A stretch of DNA of 64,000 nucleotides from Verrucomicrobiota bacterium. Lineage in GTDB: Bacteria > Verrucomicrobiota > Verrucomicrobiia > Limisphaerales > UBA9464. The notes under the pieces are model-generated. The model had not been told where the DNA came from, ran no database searches, and saw only the letters and a program-made list of their open reading frames with translations. Shown here in pieces: positions 9,757 to 17,595 of the stretch. The stretch lies in assembly GCA_016871615.1 (NCBI GenBank), contig VHCX01000012.1, forward strand, positions 287 through 64,286, in the 5' to 3' direction. How positions within the stretch are numbered: position 1 is the stretch's first letter; the number at the start of each line of letters is the position of its first letter. Position numbers and translations under genes: made by a program.

Positions 9757-10506
9757 TCAGGCGCCGCGGAGGCCGCGGAGGATCACGCTGGTGCCGAAGA
9801 GGCTGAAGACGATGACCGAGGCGAAGAAGAGCAGGTCGCGGAAGTCCACCACCCCGCGCTGGAAGCTGGCGAAGTGCGGCATGACCGAGAACCCGGTGAC
9901 CAGGTCGACGAGCCCGGCCGGGGCCCAGCGGACAAGCAGGCTGGTGACCGGTTCCCACCCGGCGAGGATGAGGAAGAAGCAGATCACCACCGACAGGATG
10001 AAGCTGATGACCTGGTTTCGGGTCATGGCCGAGGTGGCGACCGTGACCGCCAGGTAGGCGCCGGCCAGGAGCAGGCTGCCTAGGTATCCGGCGAAGATGG
10101 CGCCGCCGTCGGGGTGGCCGAGATAGTACACCGTGCCCACCACCGGGAAGGTCAGTGCGAGCGCCAGCGCCAGGAAGGCCCAGCAGGCCAGGAACTTGCC
10201 GATGATGGCCTGCGCGGCCGTGATCGGCATGGTGAGCAGCAGCTCCAGGGTGCCCACGCGGCGCTCCTCGGCCCACAGGCGCATGCCGGCGGCGGGCACC
10301 AGGAAGAGGTACAGCCACGGATGCCAGTTGAAGAAGGGCCGCGAGAGCGAGGCCTCACCCAGCTCGAAGAACCCTCCGAGCATGAAGGTGAAGAAGCCGT
10401 TGAGCAGCAGGAAGATGACGATGAACACGTAGGCCACCGGGGAGGCGAAGTAGCCGCTGAGCTCGCGTTTGAGGATCGTCCAGATGTTCCGAAGCGATTC
10501 GTTCAT
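9757..10506 (-). CDS. ABC-2 type transporter permease (GldF-like)
   Basis: 249 aa, polytopic and hydrophobic. 'MNESLRNIWTILKRELSGYFASPVAYVFIVIFLLLNGFFTF' is the usual ABC-2 permease N-terminus. Sits between the ATPase and the GldG-like gene. Confidence 0.8.
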   Translation of the reverse strand: MNESLRNIWTILKRELSGYFASPVAYVFIVIFLLLNGFFTFMLGGFFELGEASLSRPFFNWHPWLYLFLVPAAGMRLWAEERRVGTLELLLTMPITAAQAIIGKFLACWAFLALALALTFPVVGTVYYLGHPDGGAIFAGYLGSLLLAGAYLAVTVATSAMTRNQVISFILSVVICFFLILAGWEPVTSLLVRWAPAGLVDLVTGFSVMPHFASFQRGVVDFRDLLFFASVIVFSLFGTSVILRGLRGA

Positions 10507-10593
10507 GGGGTCGGGGATGGAAAGAGGTTGGGTTGGGGGCGGAGCACCGCCGCCGCACGGCCGGGGGCCGGTGCGGGGCCGTTGCCCGATGGG

Positions 10594-11556
10594 TCAGTCT
10601 CGGGCCTTCACGGAGTCGGGCAGGGTGATCGCCCGGAAGACGTCGTCGAGCCGGCCCTCATCGGTGTGGAGTTCGTCGAAGCTCCAGCCCGCCTGGGTGG
10701 CGGCCTGGGCGATGGACAGGGCCAGGTCGGCCCGCGTGGACTTGTCGCGCGGGAACACCCGGGCCGAGAGGGAACCGTCGCCGTTGTCCTGGATCTGCAC
10801 CCGGCCGGCCACCGGCAGGGAACCCAGTCGACCCTTGAGGGTGTCTCCCGACACGCCGCGCACGCGCAGGTGCACCGATCCGGCTGCGTCGGCCCGGGCC
10901 TTCAGTTCGGCCGGGGTGCCGTTGGCCACCACGGTGCCGCGGTCGATGATGATCGCCCGGGAGCAGCAGGCCTCGACCTCCTCCAGGATGTGGGTCGAGA
11001 AGATGATGGCCTTGGTCTGGCCCATGCGCTTGATGATCTGCCGGACCTCGTGCTTCTGGTTGGGATCGAGGCCGTCGGTCGGCTCGTCGAGCACCAGCAC
11101 CTCGGGGTCGTGCAGGATCGATTGCGCGAAGCAGGTGCGGTGGCGGTAGCCCTTGGAAAGGGTGTCCACGCTCTGGTGCAGCACGCCTTCGAGGAAGCAC
11201 AGGCCGGCCACCTTGGCCACGGCCTCGTCGATCTGCGCCCCCCGCATGCCCCGCATCTCGGCGGTGAACCGCAGGAAGCCGCTGACGGTCATGTCCGAGT
11301 AGCACGGGGCGCTCTCGGGCAGGTAGCCGATGAGCTTCTTGGCCGCGATGGGGTCTTCGGAGATGTCGTGGTCACCGATGCGCACCCGGCCCGAGGTGGG
11401 CGGGAAGAACCCGGTGATCATGCGCATGGTGGTGGACTTGCCCGCGCCGTTGGGCCCGAGGAAGCCCAGGATCTCGCCGCGGCGGACCGTGAAGGAAACC
11501 CCGTTCACCGCCCGTTTGGGCCCGAACTCCTTGATCAGATTCTCTACGTCAATCAT
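10594..11556 (-). CDS. ABC transporter ATP-binding protein (GldA-like)
   Basis: Internal ATG at 11556 ('MIDVENLIKEFG...'). Walker A 'GPNGAGKST', signature 'LSKGYRHR', Walker B 'LVLDEPT'. The upstream 65 codons of the ORF are Arg/Pro-rich with no ABC-like similarity. Confidence 0.9.
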   Translation of the reverse strand: MIDVENLIKEFGPKRAVNGVSFTVRRGEILGFLGPNGAGKSTTMRMITGFFPPTSGRVRIGDHDISEDPIAAKKLIGYLPESAPCYSDMTVSGFLRFTAEMRGMRGAQIDEAVAKVAGLCFLEGVLHQSVDTLSKGYRHRTCFAQSILHDPEVLVLDEPTDGLDPNQKHEVRQIIKRMGQTKAIIFSTHILEEVEACCSRAIIIDRGTVVANGTPAELKARADAAGSVHLRVRGVSGDTLKGRLGSLPVAGRVQIQDNGDGSLSARVFPRDKSTRADLALSIAQAATQAGWSFDELHTDEGRLDDVFRAITLPDSVKARD

Positions 11557-11768
11557 GGGCAGCGTCTTGGTGTCGAATCGTCTGTCATCCCGCGTCCGCC
11601 GTGGGTCGTGGGGAGGGATCGCCGGGGGGCAATCCATGGTTCCCCCCTCGGAGACCCCATCCTCCCAGGGAATTGGCCCACGGACTGGCCGGAGGGCTTT
11701 CCTCCGGTCCGCGGCCTCCAAGGGCGGTTCTGGGGCACGATCCCACCGCAAACCGTCGGCGGTTCGAG

Positions 11769-11799
11769 ATCATAGACCGCCTCGCCCGAAAGTGTTCAA
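11769..11799 (-). promoter_or_regulatory. Candidate sigma70-type promoter with an A/T-rich UP-like tract for the ABC operon
   Basis: The minus strand reads 'AAAAATTTTTT-TGAAC(TTGAAC)-19 nt-TATGAT'. An A/T run of this length is conspicuous in this GC-rich DNA. The 19-nt spacing is long and the implied 5' UTR would be about 200 nt, so this is tentative. Confidence 0.3.
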
Positions 11800-11834
11800 A
11801 AAAATTTTTCCCAGGGCGCACCGGGGGGGCGGGA

Positions 11835-12923
11835 TCAATCGAGGGCTCGGGCCACGCCCTCGGCCAGGCGTTGGCGGTAGGCCGGGGTGTTGATGGCCCT
11901 GGAGTCGTCGGGGTTGGACAGGAAGCCGCCCTCGATGAGCACGGCCGGCCGGTCCTGGCCGCGCAGCACCTCCATGAAGCGGGCCCGGCGGATGCCCCGG
12001 TCGGCCGTGCCGGTGGCCGCCAGCACCTGCCGGTGGAGGCGCCGGGCCAGCAGGAGGTTGGCGTCGTCGTGCCGGTTGTTGGGGTGGGTGGCGCTGATGT
12101 CGTCGGCGTAGATCCGGGTCGTCGTGGAGGCCATGCCGCAGGGCGTCAGGCAGTAGGTCTCGAGGCCCCGGGCCTGGGTGTTCGGAAAGGACGAGTTGAA
12201 ATGCAGGCTGATGAAGAGGCCCGCCCGGACGGTCTCGGCGATCCGCACCCGGTCGGTCAGGGACAGGTCCAGGTCGTTGGTCCGGGTCAGGTGGACTGTC
12301 CATCCCCGGGCCTCGAGCAGGGGCTTCAGGCGCAGGGCCCAGTCGAGGGTGAACTCCTTCTCGAAGCGGTTGCCGGTGAGGCTCCGGGTGCCGGCCTGGC
12401 TGCCGCCGTGGCCCGGGTCCAGCACCACCGAGCGGGGCGTAGGCCAGACCATGGCCTGCAGCAACGGCTCGAAGGTCTTGAGGCGGTCCAGCGGATGGAT
12501 GCACACCGCGCCGGCCCGCTCGACCGGTTCGAAGCCAAGGTGATGCACGATGCCGCCGATCCGGACGGCCCGGGATCCAGTCTGGATCTCCGGCGTCGGC
12601 AGGCCGCGCGCACGGCACCAGGCGAGGATGGGGGTCCAGGGCTCGTTGTCTTCCGGAGGCCTGACTGCGACGACCGGTGGGGCTGGCGGAGCCGTCGTGG
12701 CGTCGACCTGGACCGTGGGTGGGGTCGGCGATGTCGGCAGGCGCGACGGATCGGGGACGGTGGGCGCCGGCGGGGCGGGGGAGGCGGCGACCTCGCGGCC
12801 GGGCGGCGGAATCAGGGTCTGCGGGAACCGGGTGTACCCGACCGGCTTCGGCTTCGAGCAACCCCAGGCAAGCGTCGCGACGGCAACCATCCATCCCCAC
12901 ATCGGACCCCGACCTTGGCGCAT
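11835..12923 (-). CDS. N-acetylmuramoyl-L-alanine amidase (Amidase_3), probable lipoprotein
   Basis: 'VVLDPGHGGSQAGT...LFISLHFNS...AVLIEGGFLSNPDD' are Amidase_3 motifs. The N-terminus 'MRQGRGPMWGWMVAVATLAWGCSKP' has a lipobox-like 'LAWGC'. The start is uncertain (12923, 12902 or 12977). Confidence 0.85.
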   Translation of the reverse strand: MRQGRGPMWGWMVAVATLAWGCSKPKPVGYTRFPQTLIPPPGREVAASPAPPAPTVPDPSRLPTSPTPPTVQVDATTAPPAPPVVAVRPPEDNEPWTPILAWCRARGLPTPEIQTGSRAVRIGGIVHHLGFEPVERAGAVCIHPLDRLKTFEPLLQAMVWPTPRSVVLDPGHGGSQAGTRSLTGNRFEKEFTLDWALRLKPLLEARGWTVHLTRTNDLDLSLTDRVRIAETVRAGLFISLHFNSSFPNTQARGLETYCLTPCGMASTTTRIYADDISATHPNNRHDDANLLLARRLHRQVLAATGTADRGIRRARFMEVLRGQDRPAVLIEGGFLSNPDDSRAINTPAYRQRLAEGVARALD

Positions 12924-13068
12924 GGACCGATGGAATCCGTGGCCGGCCCGGAAGCCCATCCCAAAACAGCCGGGCAATACGCCGGACCCTGTTTTTTTTG
13001 GCCCGTCGCAGGAAACTGGTTGAAACCGGGGCCGACCTGCGGTGTGGTTTGAACGTTACCTCCTTGCT

Positions 13069-14502
13069 ATGAACCAGACCCCCGACACGTCCCGTCGTGA
13101 TTTCCTCAAGCGCACCGGATCCATCGCCGGTGCCGGTGGCATCGCCGGCATCCTCGCCCAGCGCGCCGGACAGGCCGCCAAGCCGATGGCCGCCGCCATC
13201 GCCGCCACGGCCCTCGACCCGGCCCGCGCCGCCCATGTGGCGCACACCGACACCATCAACATCGCCCTGATCGGCCCCGGTGGCCGGGGCACGGGTGCCG
13301 CCGCCAACGCCCTGCGCGTGAAGACCGGTCCGACCAAGCTCATCGCGATGGCCGACGTGTTCGACAACCGCCTGAAGTCCAGCTACGAGGGCCTCAAGGG
13401 CGAGTTCAAGGACAAGGTCGACGTGCCCGAGGAGCGTCGTTTCGTCGATTTCGACGGCTACAAGAAGGCCATCGACCTGCTCACCCCGGGCAAGGACATC
13501 GCCATCTTCGCCACGCCGCCGGCCTTCCGCTGGGTGCACTACAAGTACGCCATCGAGAAGGGCATCAACGTGTTCATGGAGAAGCCCGTGACCGTGGACG
13601 GCCCGACCTCCCGCCGCATGTTCGAGCTGAACAAGAAGGCGCTGGAGAAGGGCATCAAGGTCGGCGTCGGCCTCATGTGCCGCCATTGCCGCGTGCGTGG
13701 CGAACTCTTCGACCGCGTGCGCAACGGCGAAGCCGGCGACATCATCGCCATGCGCTGCTACCGCATGCATGGCCCGGTGGCCTCCGGGTTCTCGGTCAAG
13801 AAGCCCGAGGGCCGCAGCGAACTGCTCTGGCAGATCGAGCGCTTCCACAGCTTCCTCTGGGCCTCGGGCGGCGCCTTCAACGACTACTACATCCACAACA
13901 TCGACGAGAGCTGCTGGATCAAGAACGACTGGCCGGTCGTGGCGCAGGCCTCCGGTGGCCGCCACTACCGCGGCGACAACGTGGACCAGAACTTCGACAA
14001 CTACTCGGTGGAGTACACCTTCCCCGACGGTTCGAAGCTGTTCCACTACGGCCGCATCATGCCAGGTTGCCATGACCAGTTCGCCAGCTACGCCCACGGC
14101 AGCAAGGGCCTGGCGGTCATCTCCGAGAACGGCCATGCGCCCTCCAAGGCCCGCATCTACAAGGGTCAGGAGATGAAGCCCGAGAACATCGTCTGGCGCG
14201 GCCCCCGTCAGGAGCCCGACCCCTACCAGATGGAATGGGAGGACCTCACCGACGCCATCCGCAACGACAAGCCGTTCAACGAGGTCGACCGCGGCGTGCG
14301 CGCGAGCCTCGTGTCGTCGATGGGCCGCATGGCCGCCCACACCGGCCAGGTCATCACCTACGACCAGATCCTCAACAGCGACCACGAGTTCGCCCCGGGC
14401 GTCGAGAGCTTCCGCATGGACTCCGCCGCGCCCGTGCTCGCCGACGCCAGCGGCCGCTACCCCGTGCCGGCCCCCGGCCTCAACAAGAAGCGCGAGTTCT
14501 GA
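13069..14502 (+). CDS. Gfo/Idh/MocA-family oxidoreductase with a twin-arginine (TAT) signal
   Basis: ATG at 13069 ('MNQTPDTSRRDFLKRTGSIAGAGG', TAT motif). 'INIALIGPGGRGTGAA' is a Rossmann fold, followed by 'INVFMEKPVTVDG'. Confidence 0.85.
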   Translation: MNQTPDTSRRDFLKRTGSIAGAGGIAGILAQRAGQAAKPMAAAIAATALDPARAAHVAHTDTINIALIGPGGRGTGAAANALRVKTGPTKLIAMADVFDNRLKSSYEGLKGEFKDKVDVPEERRFVDFDGYKKAIDLLTPGKDIAIFATPPAFRWVHYKYAIEKGINVFMEKPVTVDGPTSRRMFELNKKALEKGIKVGVGLMCRHCRVRGELFDRVRNGEAGDIIAMRCYRMHGPVASGFSVKKPEGRSELLWQIERFHSFLWASGGAFNDYYIHNIDESCWIKNDWPVVAQASGGRHYRGDNVDQNFDNYSVEYTFPDGSKLFHYGRIMPGCHDQFASYAHGSKGLAVISENGHAPSKARIYKGQEMKPENIVWRGPRQEPDPYQMEWEDLTDAIRNDKPFNEVDRGVRASLVSSMGRMAAHTGQVITYDQILNSDHEFAPGVESFRMDSAAPVLADASGRYPVPAPGLNKKREF

Positions 14503-14519
14503 GCCCTCTTCACCTTCCG

Positions 14520-14546
14520 AACCCCGGGGCCCTCCCCGGGGTTTTT
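14520..14546 (+). terminator. Rho-independent terminator after the oxidoreductase gene
   Basis: Perfect 10-bp stem 'AACCCCGGGG'-CCCT-'CCCCGGGGTT' followed by a T-run (gtttttc), 18 nt after the stop codon. Confidence 0.7.
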
Positions 14547-14724
14547 CGTGCCCATTCCAAAGGGGTCGGTCCTCACTATTGACACAACTCCCCGATTACC
14601 TGGCCTTGGATCGGCGGGTTCGCGCCCGCTCCCGCTCGGCTGCTTCGGCCGATCCCGATGGCCGGATCATTGACGTACCGGCGCCCCGGGCAACACACTC
14701 TCGCCCTTCGTTCACCGTCCATCC

Positions 14725-16728
14725 ATGAGCACCGCTGCATCGTCGAACATCGAGTCCCATCTCAAGGAGTCCCGCGTCTTCAAGCCGTCGAAGGAGTTCG
14801 CCGCACTGGCCCACATCCGTTCGATGGCCCAGTACAACAAGCTGTGGACCGAGTCGGTGAAGAATCCGGAGCGCTTCTGGAAGAAGCAGGCCGAAGCCGA
14901 GCTGGTCTGGGCCAAGCCCTTCAAGAAGGTGCTGCAGTGGAAGGCCCCCTTCGCCAAGTGGTTCGTGGGCGGACAACTCAACGTTTCGTCCAACTGCCTC
15001 GACCAGTGGCTGGGTACCGCCACGGCCAACAAGGCCGCGCTGATCTGGGAAGGCGAACCGGCGACCGACGGCACTCCGGGCGAGGAGCGTGTGCTGACCT
15101 ACCGGCAGTTGCACCGCGAAGTCTGCCGCTTCGCCAATGTGCTCAAGCGCAACGGCGTGGCCAAGGGCGACCGCGTGATCCTCTACCTGCCCATGATCCC
15201 CGAGGCCGCCATCGCCATGCTGGCGTGCACGCGCATCGGAGCGATCCACAGCGTGGTCTTCGGCGGGTTCAGCGCGCAGTCGGTGGCCGACCGCATCCAG
15301 GACTGCGGCGCCAAGATGGTGATCACGGCCGATGGCGGATACCGCCGCGGGGCGGTCGTGCCCCTCAAGAAGAACGTCGATGACGCGCTGCTCATCCGCG
15401 ACGCCGCGGGCAAATCCCTGACGTCGACCATCGAGAAGGTGGTCGTCGTCCGCCGCTGCGGGAACGAGGTCCAGATGACCGAGGAGCGCGACGTGTGGTG
15501 GCATCGCGAGCTGCAGTACGTGACCGACGAATGCCTGGCCGCGAAGATGGATTCCGAGGCGCCGCTCTTCATCTTATACACCAGCGGCTCGACCGGCAAA
15601 CCCAAGGGCATCCTGCACACCACGGCCGGATACCTGCTGGGCACCAAGCTGACGTCCAAGTACGTCTTCGATCTCAAGCCGGAAGACGTCTACTGGTGCA
15701 CGGCCGACGTCGGTTGGGTCACCGGCCACAGCTACATCGTCTACGGGCCACTGGCCAATGGCGCCACGGCGCTGATGTACGAGGGCGCGCCCAACTGGCC
15801 CGAGCCCGACCGGTTCTGGCGCATCATCCAGAAGTACGGCGTCACGATCCTGTACACGGCCCCGACCGCGATCCGGGCCTTCATGAAGTGGGGCGACGAA
15901 TGGGTGAAGAAGCACGACCTGTCGTCGCTGCGCCTGCTGGGCAGCGTGGGCGAGCCCATCAATCCCGAGGCTTGGACCTGGTACCACAAGGTGGTCGGTG
16001 GCGGGCGATGCCCCATCGTGGACACCTGGTGGCAGACCGAGACGGGCAGCATCATGATCACGCCCATGCCGGGTGCGACCCCCCTCAAGCCGGGCACTGC
16101 GACCCTGCCGTTCTTCGGCATTCTGCCGGAGGTGGTCGACGACGCGGGCAAGCCCGTGCCGAAGAACTCCGGCGGCAAGCTGGTGGTGCGCAAGCCGTGG
16201 CCGTCGATGCTGCGCGGCATCTGGGGCGACCCGAAACGTTACCAGGAGACCTACTGGACCGAGGTGCCGGGGAGCTACTTCACGGGCGACGGCTGCCGCC
16301 AGGACAAGGACGGTTATTTCTGGATCGTGGGCCGCATCGACGACGTGCTCAATGTCGCCGGTCACCGCATCGGCACGGCCGAGGTGGAGAGTGCCTTGGT
16401 CAGCCACCCGTCGGTGGCCGAGGCCGCGGTGGTGGGGCGACCCGACGAGTTGAAGGGGCAGGCGCTGGTCTGCTTCGTGACGCTCAAGACCGGCCAGAAA
16501 GCCTCGCCGGAGCTGAAGAGCGAGCTGCGCAACCACATCGGCAAGGAGATCGGCCCGGTGGCCAAGCCCGACGAGGTCCGCTTCGCCGAGGCGCTGCCGA
16601 AGACCCGCTCGGGCAAGATCATGCGCCGTCTGCTCAAGCAAATCGCCAGCGGCGTGGAGATCAGGGGCGACACCACCACGCTCGAGGACATGAACGTCAT
16701 CGCGAAGCTGGCTGCGGGCGAGGAATAG
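14725..16728 (+). CDS. acs: Acetyl-CoA synthetase (AMP-forming)
   Basis: 667 aa. The N-terminus '[18 protein letters not shown]...[16 protein letters not shown]' is canonical Acs. AMP-binding motif '[11 protein letters not shown]' and C-terminal '[14 protein letters not shown]'. Confidence 0.97.
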   Translation: MSTAASSNIESHLKESRVFKPSKEFAALAHIRSMAQYNKLWTESVKNPERFWKKQAEAELVWAKPFKKVLQWKAPFAKWFVGGQLNVSSNCLDQWLGTATANKAALIWEGEPATDGTPGEERVLTYRQLHREVCRFANVLKRNGVAKGDRVILYLPMIPEAAIAMLACTRIGAIHSVVFGGFSAQSVADRIQDCGAKMVITADGGYRRGAVVPLKKNVDDALLIRDAAGKSLTSTIEKVVVVRRCGNEVQMTEERDVWWHRELQYVTDECLAAKMDSEAPLFILYTSGSTGKPKGILHTTAGYLLGTKLTSKYVFDLKPEDVYWCTADVGWVTGHSYIVYGPLANGATALMYEGAPNWPEPDRFWRIIQKYGVTILYTAPTAIRAFMKWGDEWVKKHDLSSLRLLGSVGEPINPEAWTWYHKVVGGGRCPIVDTWWQTETGSIMITPMPGATPLKPGTATLPFFGILPEVVDDAGKPVPKNSGGKLVVRKPWPSMLRGIWGDPKRYQETYWTEVPGSYFTGDGCRQDKDGYFWIVGRIDDVLNVAGHRIGTAEVESALVSHPSVAEAAVVGRPDELKGQALVCFVTLKTGQKASPELKSELRNHIGKEIGPVAKPDEVRFAEALPKTRSGKIMRRLLKQIASGVEIRGDTTTLEDMNVIAKLAAGEE

Positions 16729-16800
16729 CCACGGCCAAGGGGTGATCCGGTGACCGGAAGCGCACCCCGCTCCGTCAGCCATCTCTCCCTCGGACTTCAA

Positions 16801-16838
16801 GGCCCCACCAGGCTCGACGCCTTGATGGGGCCGGTTTT
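16801..16838. terminator. Hairpin between convergent acs and the NYN gene (possible bidirectional terminator)
   Basis: 'GGCCCCA'...(inner AGGC/GCCT pairing)...'TGGGGCC' followed by 'GGTTTT'. The stem is short and the T-run is only 4 nt. Confidence 0.35.
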
Positions 16839-17317
16839 CATCGCAGGCGGTCGCGCTGGTAGCGGTCGCGCTCCCGGCGATTGTGCGCCTTGAGGACCTG
16901 ATCGACCTGCCCCAGTTCGGCCTCGATCTGCGCGATGAAGGTGGAGCAGCTCGAGGCCAACCCACCGAAGCCCATCACCGTGTCGCGCTCGGCGTGGTCG
17001 TCCGTCACGACCAGCACTTCTCCATAATCCCGGAAGCGGTAGGCCGCCCGCTCGATGAGGTCGTCGGCCGTCTGGCCGGCCTTGGAATAGAGGACCTCGA
17101 CCTTCCCGGGATCCGGCTTCGGTGTCCTGCGGCCGATGCCGCCACGTTGCCCGTCGAAGAAGAGCGTGATCGGGGTGCCCAGGGCCGCCTGGTATTCCTC
17201 GAGCCGCGCGACGAGGGTCTCCCGGGCCATCGCGGAATGGCGGGCCGAGCCCCGGGCGAGTTCGGGCCAGGCGTGCAGGAGGCTGTAGCCATCGACGAGA
17301 ATGCGGATCAGCGGCAT
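16838..17317 (-). CDS. YacP-like NYN-domain protein (predicted RNA-binding/ribonuclease)
   Basis: Internal ATG at 17317 ('MPLIRILVDGYSLLHAWPEL...ITLFFDG...VLVVTDD'), matching the NYN_YacP pattern (vDGYN...W, vVFDa, vvTsD). 159 aa. Confidence 0.7.
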   Translation of the reverse strand: MPLIRILVDGYSLLHAWPELARGSARHSAMARETLVARLEEYQAALGTPITLFFDGQRGGIGRRTPKPDPGKVEVLYSKAGQTADDLIERAAYRFRDYGEVLVVTDDHAERDTVMGFGGLASSCSTFIAQIEAELGQVDQVLKAHNRRERDRYQRDRLR

Positions 17318-17595
17318 CGTAGGTGGCTTACGCTCCACCGATCGGCGGGCGACGCAAGCCCGTCGTTCGGAGCCGGCAGGGCAGGGGAAGGGTCGCCTCC
17401 GGTTGCGTTCCTCGGGTCGACGAAACGGTTCAGCCCGGCCCCGGCCAATGGACTTCGGATCCAACGACCCGGCCATGCCGACTCGGCGTCACCCGCGCCG
17501 AAAACCCATCTTCTGGACTCGTCCCGGTGCGCCGCCGCATGCGCGCCGACGGGCAGCGCGGCGCGTTTGAACCCCGGCACGAAACGCGATAGCCT

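Noticed and set aside
11557-11751. 65-codon N-terminal extension of the ABC ATPase ORF
   Set aside because: ABC ATPases of this type begin a few residues before the 'L.K.FG' strand. The extension is Pro/Arg-rich and unsupported.
11770-14385. 871-aa ORF on the minus strand
   Set aside because: It overlaps the amidase gene (same strand, different frame) and is antisense to the TAT-signal oxidoreductase. Its composition is dominated by Gly, Arg, Ala, Pro, Val, Asp and His, and it has no motifs. This is a shadow ORF.
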